64,000 nucleotides of DNA from contig OZ231126.1 in NCBI GenBank assembly GCA_965153355.1, positions 39,370,001-39,434,000 of the forward strand. Reading direction: 5' to 3'. The stretch comes from Flaccisagitta enflata. Lineage: Eukaryota. The notes below the pieces were generated by a model. The model did no database searches. It saw nothing but the letters and a program-made list of their open reading frames with translations, and was not told the DNA's origin. Below, in pieces: positions 1-13,398 of the stretch; within the stretch, counting starts at the first letter, position 1, and every line of letters begins with the position of its first letter. The position numbers and the translations under genes are program-made.

Positions 1-517
1 TGACTGACTGACATATACGCAGTTACGCACGGCGCGAGAAGTGTCCGGCAGACTGACACAGACAAGCACGCAAGTTGCAAGTGACTAGCACATTGTCACC
101 AGAGCTATCCGGTTACGTTCCTTTAAACGACGAACAGACTGACAGGCAAATATGACTTGAGGACTGACGAAAAACGTCTGAGAAATCAATCATGACAGAT
201 GGAGAGGCAACCTATTGAAACCTAAAATGATGGAAAGAAAAAGAATGGAAATGATGAAAAGGTTCTAGACTCCTTAGAGCGGCGGCGAACTTCCCGTCAG
301 ATTTACTCGTTCATGTCATATTCTCCAACCGTTGTTTCTATTGCCTCATAATGTCACTTATGTCCTCACAGTTCTGTTTTCGCCCATTAACGTTACTGGT
401 TATCTCCACCCTGCACTGTGTGTACATGGGCCCTTAATTCACTTTCTGTGCTCTACCGTCATTCCTCACTCTTGTTTCTCTCTCTCTCTCCCCTGATCTG
501 TCCCTCATTCTGTCTGA

Positions 518-788
518 ATGTTTCTCTGTCTGTCTGTTTCTCTGTCTGTCCGTTTCTCTGTCTGTCCGTTTCGGCGTCTGTCTGTCTGTTTCTCTGTCTG
601 TCTGTTTCTCTGTCTGTCTGTTTCTCTGTTTCTCAGTCTGTCTGTTTCTCAGTCTGTCTGTTTCACTGTCTGTCTGTTTCACTGTCTGTCTGTTTCACTG
701 TCTGTCTGTTTCTCTGTCTGTCTGTTTCTCTGTCTGTCTGTTTCTCTGTCTGTCTGTTTCTCTGTTTCTCTGTCTCTCTGTCTGTCTC

Positions 789-862
<74 letters not shown>
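518..862. repeat. ~18-bp (TCTG)-based minisatellite grading into (TC)n
   Basis: Repeated tctgtctgtctgtttctc units, then pure (TC)n from ~797. Confidence 0.9.
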
Positions 863-864
<2 letters not shown>

Positions 865-1034
865 CGTAACTTATGCGGTTGTCTGTCACTCAAGAGCTTC
901 CAATGTAAAAGTGAGTAATGTGACGAAGATAAAGAAGATGAAGAGAAGGAGGAGCAGAAGGAGGAGAAAAGAAAGAAGGAGAGTGATATTTGTAAGAAAT
1001 GGTTTAAATGATAGTGCAGAAGAAACTCCCCCGC

Positions 1035-1067
1035 CACACACACACACGCACACGCACACGCACACGC

Positions 1068-1131
<64 letters not shown>
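1035..1131. repeat. (CA)n/(CACACG)n microsatellite
   Basis: Direct reading. Confidence 0.95.
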
Positions 1132-1133
<2 letters not shown>

Positions 1134-1582
1134 AGTAATAACTTACGCAGAAACGATTATTTATCGTCGATAAAAAACACGAGCGTGACAAATTTTGACG
1201 ATTGAAACGAATCTCGGAGTAACGAAATCTTGAGTAAATACGCAATTGAAGAATCTGAAATGATGGCAAAATAGAAGAAGGGGGAAAGGGGGGGGAAAGA
1301 AAGCCTTGAATTTTGTGTTTTGAAACACCAAAATCAGTGAAGAAAAAACGGTTATCGATTCGGGAGGGCAAACGGACAGACTATGACGGACACTGCTCGC
1401 CAGAAAAGACTGTCAACGACTGGTGAAAATACAAATACCAAGAGTCTCACATTTAACACGTGCCACGCCGTTTAAAACCAAATGCCGCAATTGAATGTCA
1501 TACGGAACACCCTCGACATCAAATATCTCGACCCACCACTGCGAGGCTCCTCCCACACTATGGTCGGCAATTCTAACGCACA

Positions 1583-1696
<114 letters not shown>

Positions 1697-1878
1697 TTGA
1701 AGTCAAAGTTCACTTGCTAATCAGCTGCGTGTTTAAATTTCTTCTTCAAGACGCTCTGATTTAACGACTCATTTCATCATTACGCCTCTTTACGCCGCGT
1801 CGTTTCTAGCATTTCGCCACATTTTTTATCATAACGCCTTTCTAAGCCACATCTTTATCCTCTTTACGCCACATTTCT

Positions 1879-2099
1879 AGTTGCGGACACGCAAATCTAT
1901 GAAAGGCTTTGCCCGTCCATCCGTTTGTCCGTCCATCCGTCCGCCCATCCGTAACGCATGAGTCAAAAAGTGGAAAAACAAGCGTTTTAGATGCTTTTTT
2001 GAGTATGTGTGTTGGTGGGGGGAGGCATGAGGTGTGGATGGTAGTTGGGTGCTCCTGCCCACCCGTCCGTAACGATATTGTGACCCCGCGTCACTCGTT
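1879..2099 (+). mobile_element. Short HINE-like element, subfamily C (3' hairpin GTGAC-CCCGC-GTCAC)
   Basis: 5' AGTTGCGGACACGCAA hairpin, (GTCC)n, 3' CCGTCCG.AACG, GTGACCCCGCGTCAC; homologous to 13178-13398 and 48676-48905. Confidence 0.8.
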
Positions 2100-3391
2100 T
2101 ATCATAACGCCCTTCTAAGCCACTTCTTTATCATCTTAACGCCACCCTTTTTTACGCCACTTTAGTTCTAAGGATTATGTAAATCATGTAACGCTTGAAG
2201 CGGTGACTCAGATAGAGAATTATCTCTTTGGATTGGCAACGGTTTTTGAGTGCATATTTCGTGTCGGTGTGCCCGAACGTGTATTAATGTTCTTTGATTT
2301 CGTCAACATAAAAAAGGAAAGTGACGTACAAGAAAATAAGCTACATTCACAATCAAAATATAAATAATGGCAAAAGAGAAGTCAACATATAAAACCGCAT
2401 TGCTGCTCCAATTTGTTTGTTTGATTTGTTAAACAAGCCCATTCGGCCGACAGTCACGTGCTCCGTTTTACACACTTATACATACTCCTTCCTTTCTTCC
2501 TTCCTTCCTTCCTTCCTTCCTTCCTTCCTTCCTTCCTTCCTCCCTTCCTCCCTTCCTTCCTCTGGATGGACCGACCAACCGACAGATCTGGGTCACGAGT
2601 TAGATTCCCGTCATGGGCGAGTCTTTTCAGCGAAGGTTGAAAGGCTTATCCTTGAACAGGGAATTTATACGGGGTTTCCTAGATAATTCCAGCAACAAAT
2701 GCTAGTTAGCTAGAGGGAGGGTAGGCCATACGACATTATGATGTGGAATCTGACATTGCCCGATGATGGCGCCAAATGTGTGGGCACATAGTCTCTCCTT
2801 ACATTGTAAGTGAAGCTGAACGTAATTCAATAAACAACCGGACATGATTCCAGCTAGTGGTTGATTGAATTCCTACTAGTGTCCAGAAACAGCCACAACA
2901 ACAACTAAAAATGATTGACATCTCTTACCCCCTACTTTGCCATTTGTGGTAATGCAACGTTAAAGCAAACAGTAATTAGTGGTGATGCTTCGATTAGAAG
3001 ATAATTCTTCTTTTTCGAAACTACATTTGAACCATTTTGTTTTTTAAACCATGATTGGCCACTTTTTGCGGCACTTAAATTTCCACCTCAGGGCTTGTCT
3101 GAAAATATATATTTTTCTCATTGTGACTGTATATTTCTTATTTTCATTCTTTCATTCATTATTTTCCCGTTTTCTTTTTTTTTTTCTTTTTTCTTTTTCT
3201 TACTTTTCTTTCTTTTTTTTTCTTTTAAAAGTTTTATCTTTTGTCTTTTTTCTTTTTCTCTTTCTTTCACTGTTTCTTTCTCTTTCTCTGCTTTACTTTT
3301 TGTTTTATACTTCATGTAACTTAAAATTTTTTTTCATGTAGCAATTTCATTTCTTCTCTAATATTGTTTTCCTTCTTTCTCTCTTTCTATT

Positions 3392-3462
<71 letters not shown>

Positions 3463-3580
3463 TCTCTTTCTCTCTCTCTCTTAATGTCTCACTTCCTCTC
3501 GACACATTTGGCTCCATCCTACTACACATCGTAAAAAAGCTTGTTTCTGAAGCGCAAAAACGTTTTCGCCTTTTCCCATA

Positions 3581-3663
<83 letters not shown>

Positions 3664-4401
3664 AGAGAAAGAGAAAGAGAAAGAGAAAGAGAGAGAGAGA
3701 GAGCGAGAGAGCAATGATATAAGACTCATTCAGATTTGTTTTGATGTTTTGGAGATAAAAACACGGGGCAATGAGTTTATTCCATAAACCAGAATTGTTT
3801 GCAACATTTCCGTTGACTTTTGCCAACGTTTTTCTTTAGTCGCGCGCAGGAGATTTTATCTGTCGGTCGGTCAGTCCGTCGGTCAGTCAGCTAAAACGCA
3901 TCCCATTGTGAAGCGCGATGCTATTGTTGTAATTGGGAGTATTAGGACATTCGTGAGCAACAAAAAAACCTGAAAATGTAAGATATGTTACGCGTAATTA
4001 CGTTCAACGAATGGAATTTACCCCTGTCTAAAAGGGATGTCTCAGTCTTTTTCTGCCGATTCCAAATCTGCAGTCAAAATTAAGATTTGAGTACTTAGAA
4101 ATTTAGGATTACCTATAAGGGTAGGGTTGACAGAGGGTAAGGCGCGACAACCTAAAAGTAGAAGCCTGAGACAGCCCAACAACATGATCTGCTTGGAACG
4201 TAGAATGCCAGTTTTATTGCTTTTAGTCATTTAGGTACAGGCTAATCTTTATATAGATTCGGTAGGCATTAGAGCCGTGCGAGGAAATCGATAAGTGATA
4301 TCCTGTGCCGATTATTAACTACTAATCGTTAGCAGGTTTTGCCTATTTAAAACCGCTATAGATCGGTTACCAATCTTTGTCAACCAATATATGTGTAACT
4401 G

Positions 4402-4524
<123 letters not shown>

Positions 4525-4652
4525 GACTATCTCTGACTCTCTCACCCTCTGTCTGGCTCACTACGCGACTTAACATGGGCCAAGCGGTCAAGCGATCGCT
4601 TTGAATGATGACCAAATCCAGCGCACCTGTTTCAGTCAATTCATGGATGATG

Positions 4653-4733
<81 letters not shown>

Positions 4734-5553
4734 ACATTCTTTTTCATTTTGTGCTGTGTGTGTATTCATTGGCATAAGAAAAAAAAAGATGAAAAAAATA
4801 ATTTAAAACAAAATTGCAGCATACAAATTTTGAATGGTTTTCTAAAAGTATTTATCAAAAACGAAATGCAATTCACTCAAATGCATCAGTGGCACATTGT
4901 ATCAAAAGCAACAAGTGATAATTGCCCTGAAAACCTGGAAACCGGAAACCAGAAACCGCGGTTTCAGCGCCTTCCGGAACTGGAAGTCGCATGGCGATTA
5001 GGAGGCGCATCGAAATCGTGTCGAAATCGTGGCGAAAATGCTCTGTCGCAAGGGTCTAGTAGGCATCTGAAGTTAATTAGGTTTTTCTGATAATTTTGCA
5101 GTGATTTGTATGGCGAATCTTTTCACTGTTTTTCATCTTATTCGATTTTGTCTTAAGCAGTCCAGGTGAAATTCATGAGCAAAATGAAGATTTTTTCAAG
5201 CTCTTCCTAGTGGAAAAATCTGCTTGTTTGATTTCGGGACAATAATCATTAGACCGGTGTTAGTCACGATACAATATTATTAAACCGGTAATGGACTGAC
5301 GGTGACAATGGGGCTCTTCTTTATCTCCAGAAGCTTCCCCCTCCCCCTGAGAATGTCGAATCGGGTGCGTGGGGGTTAGGAATTAGGGAATTTGGATAGA
5401 CGGACTGACGGAGCCGAGCGGGGATGTAAACTTTATAAATAGTTGCGTGCAGGCAACAAAAATAAAATATCTTTCCCCGTCTACTCAAAGAAACAGCAGG
5501 AAAAAAGCGGGAAACCACAACACGTCCAAAAAACACGCATTTAACGACAGCAG

Positions 5554-5656
<103 letters not shown>

Positions 5657-5920
5657 AAACACGGTGGCCGTTGATGTTTCTTTCATGTAAATTACTTTTT
5701 CGTGCTTCTTTGCCGTTTTTGCACGCGACGGGGTCTACGAATCTACGACAACAACAACAAAAACAAAAATAACAACAACAACAGTCGGAGTCTTTGAGTC
5801 TGTTTGCATTTATCGCAATTTTCGCACATTTCCCAGATTCAATCAACCGACAATTTTTCTCCTCTCAGTTTTTAGTTCTTACCATGTCAGTCTCTCCGTC
5901 TGTTTGACTGTGATTTTAGC

Positions 5921-6006
<86 letters not shown>

Positions 6007-7409
6007 ACGAGAGCGCCTAGCGCACCGTATCCACTTCCTTCAGGACCTTCCCTCTCAACTATCCAAACTCCAAAATACCCATCCATCCGCAGTCTTTTTC
6101 TCTTCTTTTTTCGCCACCTTCGTCCCCCTTATCTCTACTTTCTACTCATCTTCTTGTTCGCCCCTTCGTCCCCTCTGTCCTTCCCCTTATCCCTACTTTC
6201 TACTCATCTTCTTGTTCACCCCCTTCGTCCCTCTGTCCTTCCCCTTATCTCTACATTCGCCTCTTCTCACATCTCCTCTTTGCCATTTCCTCCTTCCCCC
6301 TCTCCCTTCTTTCTTGTAGAAACTCTAAAACTTTTAGTCATAGTGGCGATCCAAAGTCGAAATTTGTCAACTGATAGTGAAAGAAAGTAGAAGCAAAAAT
6401 GACAACGATGCCATAACTTTTCCTTTGCCATGTTTGACTACTCCGAATGAAGGAAAGAAGAAGAAGCGTAAACCGCAGAAATGTCATGACCAATTCTCCG
6501 CCAAGTTTTCCCAAGGATGAAGGAGGGAAGTGGCAAGAATCACTACAAAAGTTGGCATGTATGAAGTCACTTGTGAGTGTACTAAAAATGGTTTTGAAAA
6601 TATTAAAATATTTGAAAGAGATGACTGTCATTGTCATGTTGTATGAAGCGTTGTAAAGTTGTTTCTTGTAAAAGGTTGATGTCTGGATGCACCATATGGT
6701 GTGAAGTTGGGATTTTTGGTGTTTTGTGCAATGACTGCATTGCACTGATTATCGATGTGTTGTATTTTGCTGAATGGTGTGTCACGCGCGGCAAAAGTAC
6801 TCGCGCTCAGCCAAAACCAACTTTTTCTGAAATATCCGTCTCACGCTCGAGGAAGGAAAAAAAAAGTGTGTTTCAGCATGAAAGTGGTTTTAGAGTGTAT
6901 GGAATCTTGATCAAAGATAAACACGAAAAGATGAACTAACATCTCCCAAGAGTGCTTAAATGACACGTCAGCTTAATCGCAAAGAAATTTGCGTATAGTG
7001 CACTTAGACCCAGAAACGGGAACACCAAATGATGAAGCAATTGCTTGATTGGTATATAACTGTCAAAATACCCTCTCTAGGACGAGAGGAACAAAATGAA
7101 CAGGACATTCAGCCTCCAATTCTTGCAAAGCCGCACTACTCTAATTTGTGTTGTTTTTGGTTGCAGACATCGAGACGCGACTCCACCTTGCTGTGTTGGT
7201 CGGTTGGCCCGTCGGTCCGTAACATTATTGAATTATAGTCATTTTTATGTCCTTTTTATAGTGTTCATTTTTAGGTAATTGTTAAGTACTGGTGAACTGT
7301 AGTTTTGTAGTGCTGTAGTACTGCTCCTGCCCAACCGGTTGGTACTTACGCTTCGTGTTAGACTGATTTCATCGTTGGATCATTCACTTTCACTTTTCTT
7401 TGTATTTTT

Positions 7410-7600
7410 AGTCGCGTGCACGCAACTACACCCTGCTTTGTCCATCCGTCTGTTGGTCTGTCGGTCTGTCAGTCCATCACACTAACTTTTTTTTATCAAT
7501 TTCATTTTTTAAAAGTCATTTTCAGTTATTTTAGGGTATAATAAGTCATTCTAAGTCAATCTGTATGTCTTACTCGCGACTTACAGGTGTTGGCCTTGTT
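7410..7600 (+). mobile_element. Short HINE-like element with AAGTCATT internal repeats
   Basis: AGTCGCGTGCACGCAACT start, (GTCY)n, 3' CGCGACT...GTGTTGGCCTTGTT, T-rich flanks. Confidence 0.8.
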
Positions 7601-7627
7601 TTCATCCATATCGGTTTTCTTCCTTTT

Positions 7628-8528
7628 GGGCAGCGGCCCCGAAGGGGCCGATGGCCTATGCTTTCACACATAAGGGAAATTTCTCCTCCTTCTCCTTCTC
7701 CTTCTCCTTCTTCTCCGTCCGTCCCCCCCCCTTGAGGCTCAAATCCTAGCCTGGAGGCTCAAATCCTAGCCTGGAGGCTCAAATCCCAGCCTCGAGGCGC
7801 AAATCCCAGCCTCGAGGCTCACATCCCAGCCTCGAGGCTCAAACCCTAGCCTCAAGGCTCAAACCCCAGACTCGAGGCTCAAACCCCCGCCTCAAGGCTC
7901 AAACCCCAGCTTCAAGGCAAAAATCCCTGCCTCGAGGCTCAAACCCAAGCCTGGAGGCTCAAATCCCAGCCTGGAGGCTCAAATCCCAGCCTCGAGGCGC
8001 AAATCCCAGCCTCGAGGCGCAAACCCCAACCTCGAGGTTCAAACCCTAGCCTCAAGGCTCAAACTCCAGCCTCGAGGCTCAAACCCCAGACTCGAGGCTC
8101 AAACCCCAGCCTCAAAGCTCAAACCCCAGCTTCTAGGCACCAATCCCTGCCTCAAGGCTCAAACCCAAGCCTGGAGGCACAGATCCCAGTTCTCAGGCTC
8201 AAATCCCAGCCTTGAGGCACAAATCCCAGTCTCGAGGCACAAATCCCAGCATCTTGGCTCTAATCCCAGCCTTGAGGCTCAAATCCTAGACTCAAGGCTC
8301 AAATTCCAGCATCATGGCTCAAATCACAACCTCGAGGCTCAAGTCACAACCTTGAGGCTCACTTGAATCCCATAATTGATGCTCAAGTTCAAGCCTAGAG
8401 CCTCAAAACCTACAAAGCATAGGTCATTGGCCCCTTCGGGGCCGCTGCCCCTCTAACCATCACACAACAACATATACTCACATAGGGGCAACGGGTACCG
8501 CTGACCATCTAACGCTTTTGCGACTATT
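7628..8528 (+). mobile_element. Long HINE-like element, subfamily A1, with ~31 copies of a 20-bp unit (AAATCCCAGCCTCGAGGCTC)
   Basis: 37-bp inverted arms 7628-7664 and 8414-8450; array ~7733-8360; tail GGGGCAACGGGTACCGCTGACCATCTAACGCTTTTGCGACTATT; T-run flanks. Confidence 0.85.
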
Positions 8529-9069
8529 TTGTTTTGTTTTAGATTGTTCTTTCTTTCTTTTTATTATTTGGTTTATGAATCCAAAGGGGTTCTTTATTAT
8601 CCATTCCCCTTCATTATGTAACATCCCCCTCAAAAAATCTTATGAGCCAAACATGATTTCTTACATTGGGGATGACAGATAAAACGTATGTCTGTTAATA
8701 TAAAGAGATAATATGTCATCTATATTGAGCCACAAACTCGGTGACTTGATTGATTGGTCCGTCCACTGATTGGTCCGCAGTCAGGGAATTAGTCGATTTT
8801 ATGTCATAATTATCTAAAATTTGAAGTGGAAGAACGAATACAGAACTGTCCTAAATTCTTTGGTTTCACTTCACTAGAATGGCATCTTATCAGATAGACA
8901 GATGGACGGGCGGACGCTCACGAAAGAATGAAGTTAAAACACAAAATGGAGTGAAAAGGAATTCGGGGACGAAAACAAAAAGAACGTGAGAAGAGCTTGG
9001 AAGAATCGCCGTCTTTCCACGACGCATCAACCCATAAAATACTAACAGGTGACACAAAGACCAAGATAA

Positions 9070-9104
<35 letters not shown>

Positions 9105-10080
9105 CAGATTCCGAGAGCAATTGGTTTCAAAGGTGAGTTGAAGGGAAGCAACTTTTAACCTTTGATCTCTGACCTTGAAGCAGTAAGATGGAGACACTTT
9201 CAGAAATGGGAACACACTTCTTAGGTTCGAGACACATTTCAAGAGATAGAGACACATTTGAATGGATAAGAGACACAGAGACACGTTGTAAGAGATAAAC
9301 TAAGACAAACTAAAAAAAGATTCAGACAATTGCTTTTCCAGTAAATAAAACAAATGCATGTTCATTGTGTTTTCTTATGAAAATTACAATCCTACTACTG
9401 TCAGAAGATTGAGTCACATTTCAGGTGATGGAGACAAATTTTAACAGTATGAAACACAATTTAAAGAAGGGAGCCACTTTCAAAATTAAAACACGCTGCG
9501 TGGCTTTGGGTAACACTTTGAGATTTATACTCTAATACGAACGGTGATTATTCTGAATGGAAACACTTCTAAAGATGCATTTCGACAGACGAGGACACGA
9601 ACACGAAACAAATAAAGACATACTTCAAAGGAAAATTATACATTACAAGAGCAAGAAACACACTTCACGTTCAACATTCACTGACTCGTAAACGGATCAA
9701 TTTGATCATCCTGTGCATTCCTCAAGCCTGTGTTTACATTGTTGAAAGATATGAGTTTCGTAGAGGGACTCTAAGCAGAGGCGCCTGCACAAAAGAAACA
9801 TCTTTTGCCTTTTTTCGTGCTCTTTCGCGCTGGAACCTTCGTCGTTTAACAGTAATATTTTGGATCGCCTGCGGAGTTGCCTGTTGGTGCCATCTGCTCC
9901 GCGTTTAATCCTTTATCCTTTCCACTTTTTGGGCAGCAGTCGTATTTAACACACAAAAACAGTAATTTCACATTCACTGAAATTATAAAGCAGACGTATC
10001 GTCTATCTTACGTCATTAAACAAGGCCAAGAGATGTCCAATAGATGTGTTCTCTTTACATAAATGATATGAAAGAATAAA

Positions 10081-10448
10081 AACAAGGCCGGATACACGGC
10101 TACCCCAGTTACGTGCACGTACAGGAGGGCAGTGGTTGTATTTGAGGACAGTAAACCATTTGGGCAAAGGCAGTTGGTTCAAAGAATAAACAAGGCCAAC
10201 GCGTTACAAGTCGTGTGTGGTCTTGAAGACTAAAAGACTAAAAGACCTAAAGACCAAAGACAAAAAGACAAAACAACTAAAAGCAGGAGCAGTAATGCAA
10301 AAAACGCCCAAAAATACCGAAAAAAGCTAACAGAGTCCAACCAACCGACAGACCGACCGACCGACATAGTGGTTCATTGAATTGCGTAGCACGCGACAAA
10401 AAACAAAAAAGTAAAAGTGGGACGGACCAACAAACAGACAAAGCGACT
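10081..10448 (-). mobile_element. Short HINE with a second HINE (10189-10398) nested inside
   Basis: Two AACAAGGCC ends followed by two (GACC/GACA)n...GCGAC ends in nested order. Confidence 0.7.
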
Positions 10449-11010
10449 AAAAAAGGTAAGTTAAAACCTTAAACGGACGAAAAAAAGGAAGTTAAAACCT
10501 TAAATCTTAAAAATCGCGTTTAGAAAATTTCACTTTAAGTTTTTACCGACCTTCCTTCCTTCAGACGTACAAACGCACCCTTTCATAGAGATGCGAGGAC
10601 GCATCTAAGAAACGGAAATAAAAATGACAACTGATCGTGTCGGAAACTTTCATTCAAAAACCAATCAAATGAATTCTAAAGAAATGAAAAAAAAAATGGA
10701 AAGCAATGGAAAAAGCTCGTTTCCGATTGATGTGGACAATTGATATGTCAAATGGGGAATAACACCCATTGAGAGAGATTGAAAAAGAATGAGGCCGGAT
10801 ATGGCAGTTATATGGTGCAACCTCGGCAGTGTGTGGTTAGACTGTGGTAAAATCGCCGAAAGTCGTAGTATCAGGTTTTCCACCGATGAATGCATAAGGG
10901 CGGAAACCGGCCAATAATGGCCAAATGTGGGGCATATGAGTAAAAATTGGGCATTTTTTGTCAAATACTGGTAAATCATGGAAGACGTGCAGCAGGACTC
11001 ATTAAGTGTA

Positions 11011-11983
11011 ACTATGGCAAAAAAAAAAACCAAACAGTTACTTCTTTTGCTCGTAAATCCTTTGAAAATTCACCCAGTGTGCTGAAATTTTTACTGAAGT
11101 TACTTCTTAGTATCATTAAGCTTCACTGAAAAAATCAATGACCTGCTCTAAATAGTTTGAGAATTATAGAATTTTTAAAAGTGCTTGTCAAAAGATCAGA
11201 AATTCAATGTACACACATAAGAATTTACTAAGAATGAATAAACAAACTTAAAAAAACCATACTAAATCTAGTCCGATTTTGATAAAATTTGAACTGGAAG
11301 TAGACCACATTGTTAGCAGGCTGTGATAAAAATTTCATTACAAAACTCCGATTATTTTAGCAAAAACAGCATGTTTTCTAAAACTTTTTTTGTGGGTTTT
11401 AGAGTGAAGTAAATGAAGATGAAATCTGAAATATAAATCGATACTGAGGCCAGAGTTTTCTACCAATTATCATGATTTTTTAACTGGGAACTTTTGTACA
11501 TATGATTCATCTTCAGTAAAATTTTTGTGAAGATTGAAGCATTTTTTGTCCCCCAAATAGCAAAAATATTCTAACAGGTAGCAGAATATTTCTTATCCTA
11601 AGCAAGCTTACAATCAACCATTATCTACCCCACTAGACTTCATCTGAGTAGATGCGAATTTTGCCTAGTATTAGTAAATATTACCATCAGACTACAGTTC
11701 AAAAATCATGAAAAAACTCCCAAAACTTTTTGCAAAATGCCAATTTTACTAAAAATGGTATTATTTTGATTTAGGATAAACGTCATCTCTGGCAGTCCAA
11801 AAAAGAGGTGACTTCAGTAAAAATGTGATAACGACTAAAGTTTTCAACGGATTTTGATAAAAATTTAACCAGACATAGTCCATATCATGGTTATCAGTCA
11901 CTGTAAATTTTATGCAAATTGGTCAACATCTTCATACTTTTTTGCTCTCTCAAAAGTTGTTTGGTTTTTTTTTTTGCCATAGT
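11011..11983. mobile_element. Non-autonomous TA-flanked TIR element (Tc1/mariner-type)
   Basis: TA|ACTATGGC(A)nCCAAACA ... TGTTTGG(T)nGCCATAGT|TA; same terminus as 17792-18394. Confidence 0.8.
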
Positions 11984-12188
11984 TAGACAAGAGAAAAACA
12001 AAACAAAAGAAAACTACACGAGAGACATAGAAGACAAGAAGGGAAGAGAGAGAGACACACGATAATCGCTTCCCCACGCCGACATAATCATTATCGTTCT
12101 ACTCCTTAACCATCGCTTTTTCATTGTTTTCACGACAACCTTTTTCTTTCCCCATTCGTCTCTTTGCTTTCTCTCCCCATTTGTTTTT

Positions 12189-12813
12189 GGGCAGCGGCCC
12201 CGAAGGGGACGAAGTCCTGTAGAACACAGGGGGACTTTCGTTCGTCCGTTCGTCCGTTCGTTCGTTAGTCCCCCCCCTTCATCAGACCCCTCAGGCCTCA
12301 CATCTGGCCTCTCAGGCCGCAAATCCAGCCTCTCAGGTCTCAAATCCGGCCTCTCAAGCCTCAAATCTGGCCTCTCAGGCCTCAAATCTGGCCTCTCAGG
12401 CCTCAAATCTGGCTTCTTAGGCCTTAAATCCAAATTCTCAGGCCTCAAACCTGGCCTCTCATGCCTCAAATTAGGCCTCTCAGGCCTCAAATCAGCCATC
12501 TAAACCCCAATTTATTGCTCCCAGGCTTCAAATCAGTCCTCTGGCCTTTCAAGCCTTAATCCAGCTCTCTCAAGCCTCAAGTCAGCCCTCTCAAGCTTCC
12601 AACCGGCATTCTCAGGCCTTATATCAGCCTTCTTAGACCTCAGTTTAGCATCTCATCCATGTCTTTAGGTAGGACGAACGAAAGTCCCCCTGTGTTCTAC
12701 AGGACTTCGTCCCCTTCGGGGCCGCTGCCCTGCTTCCCCTCACTCCAATTCACAATCACTCAAAGCAGGGCAACGGGTATCGCTGACCACATATTGCCCT
12801 TGGGCGACCTGTT
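12189..12813 (+). mobile_element. Long HINE-like element, subfamily A2, 21-bp array (CTCAGGCCTCAAATCTGGCCT)
   Basis: Perfect 59-bp inverted arms 12189-12247 and 12672-12730; tail GGGCAACGGGTATCGCTGACCACATATTGCCCTTGGGCGACCTGTT; near-identical to 49409-50097. Confidence 0.9.
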
Positions 12814-13177
12814 CATCTCTTTACCATTCATTTCTTCTCTTTTCATCTCTTTACCATTCATTTCTTCTCTTATTTTCAACATCTATTTCTTATTTTTTAT
12901 TCATTCATTTCTTCTTTAATGTCCATTCATTTCATCTCCCCTATCCATCCCTTCCTTTCCTCTTTTATTTCTTCTCTTCCTTTTCTCATTCATTTCACCT
13001 CCTCTGTCCATTTATTTCTTCCTTTTCTTGTTCAAATTACAGTTACTAATGTATATTTACCTGAGTCTTGCTACATGACTCCACAAGCCATTTTGATTAT
13101 CGAAAGGTCCGTCCCTTAGTTCATCAACTGGTCCAAATTCCATATAGTTTTTTTTTTCTAATAACAACTTTCTTTTT

Positions 13178-13398
13178 AGTTGCGGACACGCAACTCTATA
13201 AGAGGCTTTGTCCATCCGTCTATCCTTCCGTCGATCCATCGGTCCGATGATGATGATCAAGTCAAAAAGTGGAAAAACAAGTGTATTGGATACTTTCTAT
13301 GAATGTTGGTGAGTGGGGATTGGGGTTGGAGTGTGGATGGGTGTAGGACGCCCCTGCCCACCCGTCCGCAACGATATTGTGACCCCGCGTCACTTGTT
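13178..13398 (+). mobile_element. Short HINE, subfamily C
   Basis: AGTTGCGGACACGCAACT ... GTCCGCAAC ... GTGACCCCGCGTCACTTGTT. Confidence 0.85.

Noticed and set aside
418-1205. ORFs rich in SL, ER, HT or CV dipeptides, here and throughout the window
   Set aside because: They are translations of (CT/GA)n, (CA)n and (TCTG)n repeats, open in several frames at once.
7733-8360. CRISPR-like appearance of regular repeats (also 20043-20575 and 39284-39895)
   Set aside because: The units are head-to-tail with no unique spacers, there are no cas genes, and the context is eukaryotic.
12014-12499. ORF with LRPERPD heptad repeats (also 49497-49754 and 44431-45147)
   Set aside because: It arises from the 21-bp array inside a non-autonomous element; sister subfamilies use 20-bp units that break frame.
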